Shown here one piece after another: positions 19,723-29,389 of a DNA stretch of 64,000 bases (within the stretch, counting starts at the first letter, position 1; each line of letters starts with the position of its first letter). The notes below the pieces were generated by a model. That model was not told the origin of the DNA, made no database searches, and saw nothing but the letters and a program-made list of their open reading frames with translations. This DNA comes from an uncultured Actinomycetota bacterium (GTDB lineage: Bacteria; Actinomycetota; Aquicultoria; JACQXZ01; CAYGBL01). The position numbers and the translations under genes are program-made. The stretch is from assembly GCA_964348135.1 (NCBI GenBank), contig CAYGBL010000001.1, forward strand, positions 22 through 64,021, read 5' to 3'.

Positions 19723-22125
19723 ATGGTAAAAAAATACAAAGAGCTATCAGCGGATAAGCTTAAAAGGGCATGTGACCCTAATCAGTTTAGTTTTAAAACC
19801 ACTGAAGAGGTTGCTCCGTTGCAAACAACGGTAGGGCAGAAGAGGGCCTTAAATGCGCTAGAATTTGGTTTTGGCATCAAAATGACAGGATTCAATCTTT
19901 ATGTTGCGGGTCCTATTGGAACAGGCAAGGATTCAACTGTTAGAAACTTTGTAAAGAAAATAGCCGGGAAAGAATCGGCACCATCAGATTGGTGTTATGT
20001 ATATAATTTTGCACAACACGATAAGCCTCTAGCTATTGAGTTACCGCCGGGGCTCGGCTGTGTATTTACAAGCGATATGGATGAGTTGATAGAAGATTGC
20101 AGAGTTGAGATTCCAAAAGTATTTGAGGGAGAAGAGTATGAAAAGCGCAGAAACAGTATCATGAATAGATTTCAAGCCAAAAGGGATAAACTTTTAGGCG
20201 AATTGCAGAGAGCAGCTGAGAAAAAAAGTTTTGCGATTGAGCTAACAGTGCTGGGTATAGCCACTATTCCTATTAAAGACGGTAAACCGTTGAAGAGAGA
20301 AGAATTCGATAAGCTTACTGAAGCTGAACAAAAGAAAATACAAGAAAACACAGAGGAATTACAAGCTCAGATAAACCAGATGTTGAATAAAGTAAGAGAG
20401 ATGGAGAAAGAAACGAGAGAAAAGATAAGTAAACTGGATCAAGAAGTTGCGCTTTTTGCCGTAGGTCATATACTGGATAAATTAAAAAATAAGTATAAAG
20501 ACCATTCAAAAGTAGCGGACTATCTCAAGTCGGTGCAAGAAGACATAATTACACATCTGGATATATTTAAGTTAAAAGAGAAGAAGCCCGCGATTCCTGT
20601 TCCGGGTCTGGAAGTTCTGGCAACTGAAGCAACATTTGACCGCTATAAAGTTAATCTGCTTGTTGATAATTGCAAAGCCAAAGGTGCACCTGTAGTAATA
20701 GAAAGAAATCCCACTTACTATAATTTAGTAGGACGCATGGAATATAAAGGTCAATTTGGGGCAATGGTTACTGATTTCACCATGCTTAAAGCGGGAGCAA
20801 TTCATAGAGCAAATGGAGGGTATTTGGTATTACAAGCTCTTGATGTGCTTACAAATTTTCTATCATGGGATGCTTTAAAAAGGGTATTGGAAAGCAAGGA
20901 AGTGAAGATTCAAAATATTGGAGAACAATTTAGACTATTCCCAGCAGCTACCTTGGAACCTGAACCAATTCCTTTAAATATTAAGGTGATACTTATAGGG
21001 AGCCCACTTATTTACTATTTACTTTATCAATACGACGAGGATTTCAGGAAGTTGTTTAAAGTAAGAGCTGACTTTGATATAGAGATGGATAATACACGGA
21101 GGCAAGCGAATCGCTACGCTGCTTTTATTAGTGCACGTTGTCAGGAACAGAATCTAAGACATTTTGACAGAAGCGGGGTAGCGAAAGTTGTAGAATTCGG
21201 CGCGCGGTTTGCAGAAGACCAAAGAAAGCTGTCCACCAGGTTTATCGAAATTACCGACCTTATTAGTGAGGCTAGCTTTTGGGCTCAACGGGATAATAAC
21301 AATGTGGTTAAGGCAGTGCATGTTGAGAAAGCTATCGAACAAAAAATATACCGTTCCAGTATGATTGAAGAAAAGATAAAAGAAATGATAAGAGATGGAA
21401 CGATCCTTATAGATACGAGTGGCACTGTTGCCGGTCAGGTTAATGGAATTTCAATCATAGGCCTTGGAGATTATATTTTTGGAAAACCGTCTCGCATAAC
21501 GGCCAGAGCCTATATGGGAAAAGGGGAAGTTATAAATATCGAACGCGAGGTTAAGATGAGTGGCCGGATTCACAACAAGGGAGTTATGATTCTTACCGGA
21601 TACTTAGGAGAAAAGTATGCTATGGATAAACCTCTTTCTTTTTCAGCAAGTATTTGCTTTGAGCAGCTCTACGAAGAGGTTGAAGGTGATAGTGCATCCA
21701 GTGCAGAGCTTTACGCTATTCTGTCGAGTATTTCCGGGGTGCCGCTTAAACAAGGAATAGCAGTAACAGGTTCCGTTAATCAGAGGGGAGAAATACAGCC
21801 CGTAGGCGGTGTCAATAGGAAAATCGAGGGTTTCTTTGATGTCTGCAAGGCTAAGGGATTGAACAGTGAACAGGGGGTCATTATCCCATTACAGAATGTG
21901 AAAAATTTAATGTTGAAAGACGAAGTTGTGGAAGCTGTGAAGAAGAAGAGATTTCATATATATCCGGTGAGAACCATAGAGGAAGGTATAGAGATACTAA
22001 CAGGAGTAGAAGCAGGTAAGCGGAGGGCTGATGGTACATATAAAAAAGGGACTATAAACTATATGGTGGATAGAAGGTTGCGTGAGATGGCTGAACAACA
22101 AAGGGCTTTTAAGAAGAAGGAATAA
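19723..22125 (+). CDS. Lon-like ATP-dependent protease, COG1067/LonC-type
   Basis: N-terminal AAA+-like region (GPIGTGKDS), long helical insert, C-terminal Lon proteolytic domain (GDSASSAELYAILS...NRKIEG, Ser-Lys dyad context); strong RBS TAAGGAGGT. Confidence 0.75.
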   Translation: MVKKYKELSADKLKRACDPNQFSFKTTEEVAPLQTTVGQKRALNALEFGFGIKMTGFNLYVAGPIGTGKDSTVRNFVKKIAGKESAPSDWCYVYNFAQHDKPLAIELPPGLGCVFTSDMDELIEDCRVEIPKVFEGEEYEKRRNSIMNRFQAKRDKLLGELQRAAEKKSFAIELTVLGIATIPIKDGKPLKREEFDKLTEAEQKKIQENTEELQAQINQMLNKVREMEKETREKISKLDQEVALFAVGHILDKLKNKYKDHSKVADYLKSVQEDIITHLDIFKLKEKKPAIPVPGLEVLATEATFDRYKVNLLVDNCKAKGAPVVIERNPTYYNLVGRMEYKGQFGAMVTDFTMLKAGAIHRANGGYLVLQALDVLTNFLSWDALKRVLESKEVKIQNIGEQFRLFPAATLEPEPIPLNIKVILIGSPLIYYLLYQYDEDFRKLFKVRADFDIEMDNTRRQANRYAAFISARCQEQNLRHFDRSGVAKVVEFGARFAEDQRKLSTRFIEITDLISEASFWAQRDNNNVVKAVHVEKAIEQKIYRSSMIEEKIKEMIRDGTILIDTSGTVAGQVNGISIIGLGDYIFGKPSRITARAYMGKGEVINIEREVKMSGRIHNKGVMILTGYLGEKYAMDKPLSFSASICFEQLYEEVEGDSASSAELYAILSSISGVPLKQGIAVTGSVNQRGEIQPVGGVNRKIEGFFDVCKAKGLNSEQGVIIPLQNVKNLMLKDEVVEAVKKKRFHIYPVRTIEEGIEILTGVEAGKRRADGTYKKGTINYMVDRRLREMAEQQRAFKKKE

Positions 22126-22144
22126 TATTAAGAGTGAAAGATAA

Positions 22145-22170
22145 GGCTCGCTTTTAAGCGGGCCTTTTTG
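22145..22170 (+). terminator. Rho-independent terminator after Lon-like gene
   Basis: GGCTCGCttttaaGCGGGCC stem followed by TTTTT. Confidence 0.5.
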
Positions 22171-22480
22171 GTTTCTGGAGACAGCGAATTGTTATTTTAT
22201 GGGTATAAGATAAGTATGGTATAGCAAGCAAAAAAAGACATTGTAATAGTATGTGAGAAAAGAAACAAGGAGGGAAATGAGATGGTCGCAAAGAAACTAT
22301 TCAAATGTAAGTTCACTGGAGAGCAAATTCAAAACCTTATAGAAATCCTCTAATATACGCTGGAAGACTGTCAAGAAGGCTTAATATTAGAGGAGATAGA
22401 AATAAACAATCAGAGAATCGAAGAGATAATTGGAATTCTCAGAGAAGCAAAGAAGGTAGTAAAGACTGAAAGGGAACTGA

Positions 22481-24238
22481 ATGTTTAGGGGGAAACCCAT
22501 AGGTGTAGACCTGCATAGATGGATAGAGCAAAAGAAGAATCTGGTTATGGTGGCTAAAGGTGAAAAAACTGCAGATATTCTGCTAAAGAATTGTCGGCTA
22601 GTAAATTGTTTTACCGGATCAATAGAAAGAGAAAATGTAGCAATATATGATAAGTGGGTCGCAGGAATAGGAAAACTTGAGGCTCTAGTTGAGATTGATA
22701 TTAGAGGAAAATATCTTTGTCCTGGCTTTATTGATAGCCATGTTCATCTGGAAAGCTCAATGCTAAGCCCCGAGGAATTTGCTAGAGCAGTAGTTGCACA
22801 TGGGACAACGACAATTGTTGCAGACCCTCACGAAATTGCCAATGTTGCCGGTATAGAAGGATTGGAGTATTTTTTGGAAGCCTCACATAATCTTCCAGTT
22901 TCAATTTTTTTTATGCTTCCTTCGTGTGTGCCAGCTACAAATATGGAAACAAGCGGTGCTAAATTGAGCGGGAGAGATTTACATGAACTTGCCGAAAGGG
23001 AAGAAGTGCTGGGGCTGGCTGAAATGATGAATTATCCTGGGGTTCTAACACTGGACAGTAATGTGTGGGAGAAGATGGAATATTTCTCTACATATCTTAT
23101 TGATGGTCATGCCCCGGGTTTAACCAATAGAGAGCTAGAAGCATATATTGCTTCTGGAATAAGTTCTGACCATGAGAGCACAGAGCTGGAAGAAGCTAGA
23201 GAAAAGATTAGAAAGGGGATGTTTCTAATATTGCGGGAAGGATCGACTGCAAAAGATTTCCGTAAATTACTTCCTGTGGTCAATGACTTTTCTTATTCCC
23301 GCTGCATGCTGGGAACTGACGATCGTGACCTTGAAGATATACAAGATGAAGGACATGTTGATTATATGCTACAAGTAGCTATAGAAAATGGTATGGACCC
23401 AGTCAGGGCAATACAGATGGCTTCAGTCAATCCTGCGAGATATTTTGGCCTTAGGGATAGAGAGGGTATTGCCCCAGGGAAAGTAGCAGATCTGGTAATC
23501 ATAGATAACCTGGAAAGAGTGACTGTAGATTCAGTTGTGAAGGAAGGAAAGGAAGTAGTAAAGGAAGGAGAGTTTGTTCGTGAAATACAGGAGACTGAAA
23601 TTCCCTCACGGGTCCGATTTAGTCTGAATCTTCCTCATTTGAAGGCTGGAGATTTTGAAATCGAAGCAGCTAAGGGTCTTTGCAGGATAATCAAAATAAT
23701 ACCTGGAGAGATATTGACTAAGGAAGTCCATATGAGACCAAGAATTGAAGAGGGTAAGGTAGTGCCTGATCTGGAGCAAGATATTATAAAAGTAGCTGTT
23801 ATAGAAAGGCACAGGGGGACACAGGCAAAAACCACCGGTCTTTTACAGGGTTTAGGGCTAAAGAGAGGAGCAATTGCTTCAAGTGTTGCACACGATTCTC
23901 ATAATGTTGTAATAGCAGGGGTAAGCGATGACGATATGGCTCTTGCAGCGAATACTGTTTCAGAAATGGACGGCGGTCTGGCAGTCGTTCTAAAAGGCAG
24001 GGTATTGGAATCGCTGGCGCTGCCTATTGGCGGTTTGATGTCTGACAAACCTATTGACTTTGTTGACAAGAAACTTAAAAGTCTAAAAGAAAAGGCGAAG
24101 GAGCTCGGATCATCGTTACCAAATCTATTCATGATTCTCTCATTTATTTCACTAGCAGTAATTCCTGAACTCAAAATAACAGATAAAGGATTGGTAAACG
24201 TAGACATGGGAGAACTCGTATCATTTTGGGTTGGTTAG
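22481..24238 (+). CDS. ade: Adenine deaminase
   Basis: GFIDSHVHLESSML metal-binding motif, amidohydrolase fold, C-terminal Ade-specific domain; real start may be the internal MVAKGEK (22547). Confidence 0.85.
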   Translation: MFRGKPIGVDLHRWIEQKKNLVMVAKGEKTADILLKNCRLVNCFTGSIERENVAIYDKWVAGIGKLEALVEIDIRGKYLCPGFIDSHVHLESSMLSPEEFARAVVAHGTTTIVADPHEIANVAGIEGLEYFLEASHNLPVSIFFMLPSCVPATNMETSGAKLSGRDLHELAEREEVLGLAEMMNYPGVLTLDSNVWEKMEYFSTYLIDGHAPGLTNRELEAYIASGISSDHESTELEEAREKIRKGMFLILREGSTAKDFRKLLPVVNDFSYSRCMLGTDDRDLEDIQDEGHVDYMLQVAIENGMDPVRAIQMASVNPARYFGLRDREGIAPGKVADLVIIDNLERVTVDSVVKEGKEVVKEGEFVREIQETEIPSRVRFSLNLPHLKAGDFEIEAAKGLCRIIKIIPGEILTKEVHMRPRIEEGKVVPDLEQDIIKVAVIERHRGTQAKTTGLLQGLGLKRGAIASSVAHDSHNVVIAGVSDDDMALAANTVSEMDGGLAVVLKGRVLESLALPIGGLMSDKPIDFVDKKLKSLKEKAKELGSSLPNLFMILSFISLAVIPELKITDKGLVNVDMGELVSFWVG

Positions 24239-24305
24239 CAGGTTATGAGTCATTAGAAACAAGCAGTCATTATGGATTGGGAGTGATATTTGTCAAAAAA
24301 ATGCT

Positions 24306-24328
24306 AGCTGCTTCTGGCAGCTTTTTTA
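24306..24328 (+). terminator. Rho-independent terminator after ade
   Basis: AGCTGCttctgGCAGCT followed by TTTTT; a second hairpin+T-run (CGAACacggGTTCG TTTATTTTTT) at ~24455-24480. Confidence 0.5.
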
Positions 24329-24614
24329 ATTTTGATCCCTTTGCCTCTTTTACATAACTTACGAACCTTGATCCTTGTCTTATAACGTTTTTTTATGCTC
24401 TTTCGGCCAAATATTCACGTGGCCTTTTAAATTGAAATACCACCAAGATTTATACGAACACGGGTTCGTTTATTTTTTAAAGGGAAAACTATTAATATAG
24501 CTTGTATAAAGGCTTAGAATCGATTTCAGAGCGTCTGAGCGAAAGCTGATAAGAGGCTTAGCCATGCGGTTTTATGCGGTTTATACGTTATTTTAAGATA
24601 TATGAGGTTGGGGA

Positions 24615-24878
24615 TTACAGGAAGCGTATAGTATCGGGCTTGACCGGGTAGCTCGGGATGATTTCTTTAGTATATGCAAAATAATGTACCGAGCAGTTCA
24701 AGCAGCGTCTTTTTTCATTCCGCTTGCAACATGGAATATTCGGAGTCTCCCAGCAATTCTTTTTATTCTCATAAGCAGGACAATTATGATTTTTTGTATA
24801 TTCGCATTTCTGAACTTCATGGCACTTATGGTCCAATAACGACCTCCAGAATGATAAGTCTGGATAGATTTGCGACAC
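24615..24878 (-). CDS. Small Cys-rich protein (87 aa, 8 Cys), paralog of the Cys module of the adjacent histidine kinase
   Basis: GTG start; C-x5-C-x7-CP-x7-CWETP-x3-CC-x7-C-x2-C pattern aligns with HK residues 75-122 (C-x5-C-x4-CP-x8-CWTFP-x3-C-x14-C-x2-C); last gene of same-strand HK-RR-RR array. Confidence 0.45.
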   Translation of the reverse strand: MSQIYPDLSFWRSLLDHKCHEVQKCEYTKNHNCPAYENKKNCWETPNIPCCKRNEKRRCLNCSVHYFAYTKEIIPSYPVKPDTIRFL

Positions 24879-25006
24879 CCGTATTAACGTTTAACTATTT
24901 GGTGAGCCTGGCAAAGAAACAGCTAATATAAAGATATAAAGCCTGATAATATATGTTATGTAAACTAATAACCTTTAATCCGTATTTTCTTTCTTCCCCT
25001 TAAAAC

Positions 25007-25477
25007 TTACTCCCCACGTTCTTTCTTCTTCATAATGTCAAGCATTGTACGAAGTTTGGCAGTTTTGAATCTTTTTTCTGCATCCTCAGGATACCAGGTG
25101 CTAGCTTTCTTTTCCAAAACTTCTTTCACAGTATCCAAAAGCTTCTGCGGGCTAAAAGGTTTAGTAACATATTCGTCAATTCCCGTGTCAACCGCTTTAA
25201 GCTGATCTTCATATTGGCCTCGTGCCGTTAACATAATTACAGGAATATTCTTATGTTCTGGATGTTCCTTAAGCTGTTTATTAACCTCCCAGCCGTCCAT
25301 TTTTGGCATCATAACGTCCAAAATGATTAGATCCGGCTTTTCGGCTTCCACTTTTTTGAGAGCGTCTTCTCCGTTGAAAGCTTCAGACACGTCAAAATCT
25401 TTGTCCAGCTTCACGCGTGCCAGTTTTACTATATCCGGTTGGTCATCGACTACTAATATTTTGGTTCTTTTCAACAC
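25007..25477 (-). CDS. Response regulator, receiver domain only (CheY-like) with short C-terminal extension
   Basis: ILVVDDQPDIVKL...DLIILDVMMPKMDG...IMLTA receiver motifs. Confidence 0.85.
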   Translation of the reverse strand: MLKRTKILVVDDQPDIVKLARVKLDKDFDVSEAFNGEDALKKVEAEKPDLIILDVMMPKMDGWEVNKQLKEHPEHKNIPVIMLTARGQYEDQLKAVDTGIDEYVTKPFSPQKLLDTVKEVLEKKASTWYPEDAEKRFKTAKLRTMLDIMKKKERGE

Positions 25478-25863
25478 TTGTCACCTCTTTCTGAATGAAT
25501 CCCTTTAAGTACTTTTTCCACCTCTGCGAGCAGTTCCTTGGGAGTAAAAGGTTTATTGAGATAGGCATCAGCTCCCATTTCCATTCCCTTACTGATTTCG
25601 TATTGTTGAGTTTTGGCTGAAAGGATAACTATCGGAATATTTTTGGTCTCTGGAATCTCCTTCAGTTTCATACAAGCGTCATATCCACTCATAAGTGGCA
25701 TCATAACATCAAGAATGATCATATCGGGTTTATCCCGTTTGGCCAGTTCAATCGCTGCCAATCCATTTTCTGCCTCTAATATTTCAAAACCGTGGTTTTC
25801 CAGTGTAAATTTTACCAATTTCAAAATGTGTGGTTCGTCGTCAGCCACTAAAATCTTAGGCAT
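25471..25863 (-). CDS. Response regulator, receiver domain only
   Basis: ILVADDEPHILKL...DMIILDVMMPLMSG...IVILSAK; overlaps neighbours by 7-8 bp (translational coupling). Confidence 0.85.
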   Translation of the reverse strand: MPKILVADDEPHILKLVKFTLENHGFEILEAENGLAAIELAKRDKPDMIILDVMMPLMSGYDACMKLKEIPETKNIPIVILSAKTQQYEISKGMEMGADAYLNKPFTPKELLAEVEKVLKGIHSERGDKC

Positions 25864-27880
25864 CGATATTATGTGTCCCTTTCAGTAACTCCTCAATTTT
25901 CCTCATTAGGATATCAGGTGAGAAGGTCTTAACCTCCTCTTTGCCAGGTTGAATTGCTCTTGAAAATGCCTCTTCGATTCTTTCTCCGGTTAACGCTATT
26001 ATTGGAATATTCTTTGTTTTTTTGCTTCTTTTCAAATTTTTTATAAGTTTGAGAATTTCAGTATGAGAAACATCCAGGTCGAGAATGATTAATTCTGGCT
26101 TTTTATTCTGGGCTAGTTTTAGAGTCTCCTCTATTTCTCTTGCCTTGAGAGCATCCAAGCCTTTTTCTTTAAGAACTCCGCTTATCATGTGAGCCAGATC
26201 ACGGTCATCAATAGCAATAAGTATATTTCCTTTTGGACCTTTGCGATCAAGCAGACTGTTTATAACACTAATCAGTTTTTTGGGTTCAATAGGCTTGGAA
26301 AGAAAACTGGACGCTCCTACGCGAAGACATTTATATTCATCAGCTACTATGGACAGCATAACTACGGGAATCCCCTTTGTCGTAGGATCCTCCTTTAATG
26401 CGCGAAGGACTTCAAAACCATTCATCTCTTCCATCATGATGTCCAGAGTAATCAGATCAGGGTTTTCCTTCTGTGCAAGTTTAAGAGCATCCGGTCCATT
26501 AAGAGCACAAATGGTGTTAAAACCTTCTTTTGAAAGGAGTATTTGTATAAGCTTAACTATGTCCGGTTCGTCATCCACTATCAGAATTTTGTCGCCCTCA
26601 TGTAGAGTTATTTCCTCAGCACCGGGTAATTTCTTAACTTCCTTTTTCGGTTCAACTGGAAGAGTGAAGGTAAAGGTGCTTCCCTTTCCTACCTTACTTA
26701 CCGCCCAAACTTCACCACCATGAAGGTCTACTATAGATTTAACAATAGCCAGTCCCAGGCCAGTACCACCGACCTCTGTAGTAAGAGAGCTGTCAACTCT
26801 ATAGAATTTAACAAAAAGACGATCTAGGTGTTCTGTGGGGATTCCAACGCCCGTATCGCTTATGCTGGTGGCTACTTTGCTATCAGAAGCCCTTGCAGTA
26901 ATGCGGATACAGCCTTTGGCGGGAGTATATTTAATGGCATTGCTCAGTAGATTTACAATAATCTGGACGATACGGGATCTATCTGCAAATACTTTAGGTA
27001 ACTCGCTGGGGATACTTAGAGATATATGCATCTCCTTGCTTTTTGCCAGGTTTTCGATGCTGGTTACCGCTTGTTCTACCACCTCTCTTAAAATCAGGGA
27101 TTCCTTCTTAAGTTTAACTCTACCTGATTCTATACGTGATACATCCAGAAGGTCATTAATAAGGCTTACCAGGCGGTCATTGTTTTGCTTTACGATTTCG
27201 AGAAATTCTCGTTGAACCTCGTTGATTTCACCAGCTTCTCCGTCAATGATTAGGTCTACGTATCCTTTGATTGAGGTTAAAGGTGTGCGAAGTTCGTGGG
27301 AAACGGTAGAGATGAACTCAGTTTTCATCCGGTCTACTTCTTTTTCCAGGGAAATGTCCTGCAACGTCTTCATATAGCCTAAAAAATTACCTTCATCATC
27401 AAGCACTGGGTCGGTTATAATCTTCAAAGTTTTGCCAGAAGACTTAATAAATGCTTCCTCGGTTGAAGGCATTCCCGTCTCCTCAACTATCTCTAAATTT
27501 AGCTGAAAGACTTTACAGTCTTTACATAATTCATATCTCTCTTTTAGGTTCCTTTGAATTCTCCCAAAACATCTAGTCTGGGGAAAGGTCCAGCACCTTG
27601 CTTCTTTTACTTGAAATACAGGACATTCTGATTCCTCACAGTCTAGCACGTCCCAACAATCGACCAGAGGCTCTCTATTTATTTTGGGATTCTTGTTGAG
27701 AAGGCTCGACATAGGGATAGTTTGATTAAGCACCTTCTGTTTTTCAATACCGAGAAGTTTTTCTGCCGCCGGATTAATGTGGGTTATGCGATCCTCTTTG
27801 TCGAAAACAATAAGACCATCTGTGGTGCTGGAGATAATTGCTTCAAGTCTAGCTTTTTCTCGATCTTTTTCTCTTTTCAA
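25856..27880 (-). CDS. Hybrid sensor histidine kinase: PAS (with Cys-rich insert) – HisKA – HATPase – two receiver domains
   Basis: H-box STVSHELRTPLTSIKGY, G2 box GGTGLGLAIVKSIV, two C-terminal REC domains; no TM segment; Cys-rich insert at residues ~75-122. Confidence 0.85.
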   Translation of the reverse strand: MKREKDREKARLEAIISSTTDGLIVFDKEDRITHINPAAEKLLGIEKQKVLNQTIPMSSLLNKNPKINREPLVDCWDVLDCEESECPVFQVKEARCWTFPQTRCFGRIQRNLKERYELCKDCKVFQLNLEIVEETGMPSTEEAFIKSSGKTLKIITDPVLDDEGNFLGYMKTLQDISLEKEVDRMKTEFISTVSHELRTPLTSIKGYVDLIIDGEAGEINEVQREFLEIVKQNNDRLVSLINDLLDVSRIESGRVKLKKESLILREVVEQAVTSIENLAKSKEMHISLSIPSELPKVFADRSRIVQIIVNLLSNAIKYTPAKGCIRITARASDSKVATSISDTGVGIPTEHLDRLFVKFYRVDSSLTTEVGGTGLGLAIVKSIVDLHGGEVWAVSKVGKGSTFTFTLPVEPKKEVKKLPGAEEITLHEGDKILIVDDEPDIVKLIQILLSKEGFNTICALNGPDALKLAQKENPDLITLDIMMEEMNGFEVLRALKEDPTTKGIPVVMLSIVADEYKCLRVGASSFLSKPIEPKKLISVINSLLDRKGPKGNILIAIDDRDLAHMISGVLKEKGLDALKAREIEETLKLAQNKKPELIILDLDVSHTEILKLIKNLKRSKKTKNIPIIALTGERIEEAFSRAIQPGKEEVKTFSPDILMRKIEELLKGTHNIDA

Positions 27881-28054
27881 TTACCTTTCCTTAGATTGGT
27901 GAAATAAGCTGTTTTCAGGTTGGTTACTATGAGGTTTGTAGCATTTTAAGACATACTTATTTAATGTATAAAATTCTTTATAAATGCCCATAATTCCTGC
28001 TATTTCTGCTTAATCAGATATCTCTTGTTTAGCCAAATAAGGATTTTTGGAGAC

Positions 28055-28600
28055 CTATTTCAACCTCGTTTGAATTTCATCAACCAGATCGCCAAGAATC
28101 TTTAATGAGGACTTAAGCTGACCAAGGACACTTGTCTGAAGCTTGCTGAGAGTGGTTCTTCCATTATTAGTAATTTCGTATACGTGACGCGGTCTTTTTA
28201 TTCCAGGCTCCCATCTTCCCTGTATCAATCCATCTTGTTCAAGATGCTGTAGCAGAGGGTAAATTGTTCCGGGACTTGCAGCCCAAAGACCTGCCCTATC
28301 ACGCAGCCAATTTAGAATTTCATTTCCGTACCTCGGTTTCTGTGAAAGTAAGTAGAGGATGCAAAAAGGAAGGAAGCTCTTGGTTAGGAGTTTAGGGAGT
28401 GAGTGGGCTTTTTTTAGCTCCCTTTCCGATTGCGAAGCATATTCGAGTCTTTTCTGCTTGAGATGTTGACTAGGCTTTGATGGTTTATTTGCGGGATATA
28501 AAGTTAGGCGCACCAGAGATTCCCCGTTTCTTTCGTTCTTTGCAAAGTCATCTGGTGCTTCTGAGTGATGCTCGTAACCTGAAACCTGGTCGTTGCTCAC
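28055..28600 (-). CDS. PadR-family transcriptional regulator with ~75-aa N-terminal extension
   Basis: C-terminal half LLSQKPRYGNEILNWLRDRAGLWAASPGTIYPLLQHLEQDGLI matches PadR winged HTH; N-terminal region low complexity without internal Met. Confidence 0.65.
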   Translation of the reverse strand: MSNDQVSGYEHHSEAPDDFAKNERNGESLVRLTLYPANKPSKPSQHLKQKRLEYASQSERELKKAHSLPKLLTKSFLPFCILYLLSQKPRYGNEILNWLRDRAGLWAASPGTIYPLLQHLEQDGLIQGRWEPGIKRPRHVYEITNNGRTTLSKLQTSVLGQLKSSLKILGDLVDEIQTRLK

Positions 28601-28806
28601 AACGTACCCTTCTTCAATAAATAATGTCTTTCAATTTCATACTTATATCAAATTTGATATTAAGTCAATAAAAAGTTGGGACAAAGGGATAGTTTTATTA
28701 TCTGAGGGTTGTAAATGTTTATCTTGGCAGACCTGAAGCTAATTATCAAAAAAGACTGTATCAAGGCTTTTTTGAAGACTAGTAGTCTTAAACCTTTCTC
28801 AGGTAT

Positions 28807-29319
28807 CTAATATTTCATAAGTGCGAATACGTTATGGTTACCGAGCTTGTCTCTCCCATTAAGTGCCGTTAGCTCAATAAGAAAAGCCACCCCTATTACT
28901 TTACCGCCAAGTTGCTCAACCAAATCAACTTTAGCAGAAGCTGTACCACCGGTGGCCAATACGTCGTCTACTACTAGAACATGTTCTCCCGGTTTTATAG
29001 CATCCATATGCATTTCCAGACTATCCATTCCGTACTCTAATTCGTATTCTGCCTTGGTTGTATTATGGGGCAGTTTACCCGGTTTGCGTGCTGGAATAAA
29101 CCCGCTATTAAGTTTATATGCCAGGGCACCGCCTATTATGAAACCTCTGGCTTCTGCACCGAGGATCAAATCCACCTTATCGCTACTGTATCTCTTGGCT
29201 ATGCTGTCAATTGCATATTGAAAAGCTTTAGGGCTTTGAAGTAAGGGCGTAATGTCTTTAAAAACAATACCTGGTTTGGGGAAGTCAGGTATGTCCCTGA
29301 TATACGTTTTTAGATCCAT
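28807..29319 (-). CDS. apt: Adenine phosphoribosyltransferase
   Basis: VLVVDDVLATGGT PRPP-binding motif, typical APRT length/sequence. Confidence 0.9.
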   Translation of the reverse strand: MDLKTYIRDIPDFPKPGIVFKDITPLLQSPKAFQYAIDSIAKRYSSDKVDLILGAEARGFIIGGALAYKLNSGFIPARKPGKLPHNTTKAEYELEYGMDSLEMHMDAIKPGEHVLVVDDVLATGGTASAKVDLVEQLGGKVIGVAFLIELTALNGRDKLGNHNVFALMKY

Positions 29320-29389
29320 AGATGCCTCCTTTTCATCTACTTGTCAGTAACAGCACATAGTACCTTTATTGGTAACACATAATACCAAG

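Noticed and set aside
26241-26723. 160-aa plus-strand ORF, and similar antisense ORFs (e.g. 38863..39336, 4740..5090, 47553..48119)
   Set aside because: Lie entirely antisense within long well-supported genes (HK, VanW, CDF, PEPC); composition is Ser/Arg-rich typical of shadow ORFs.
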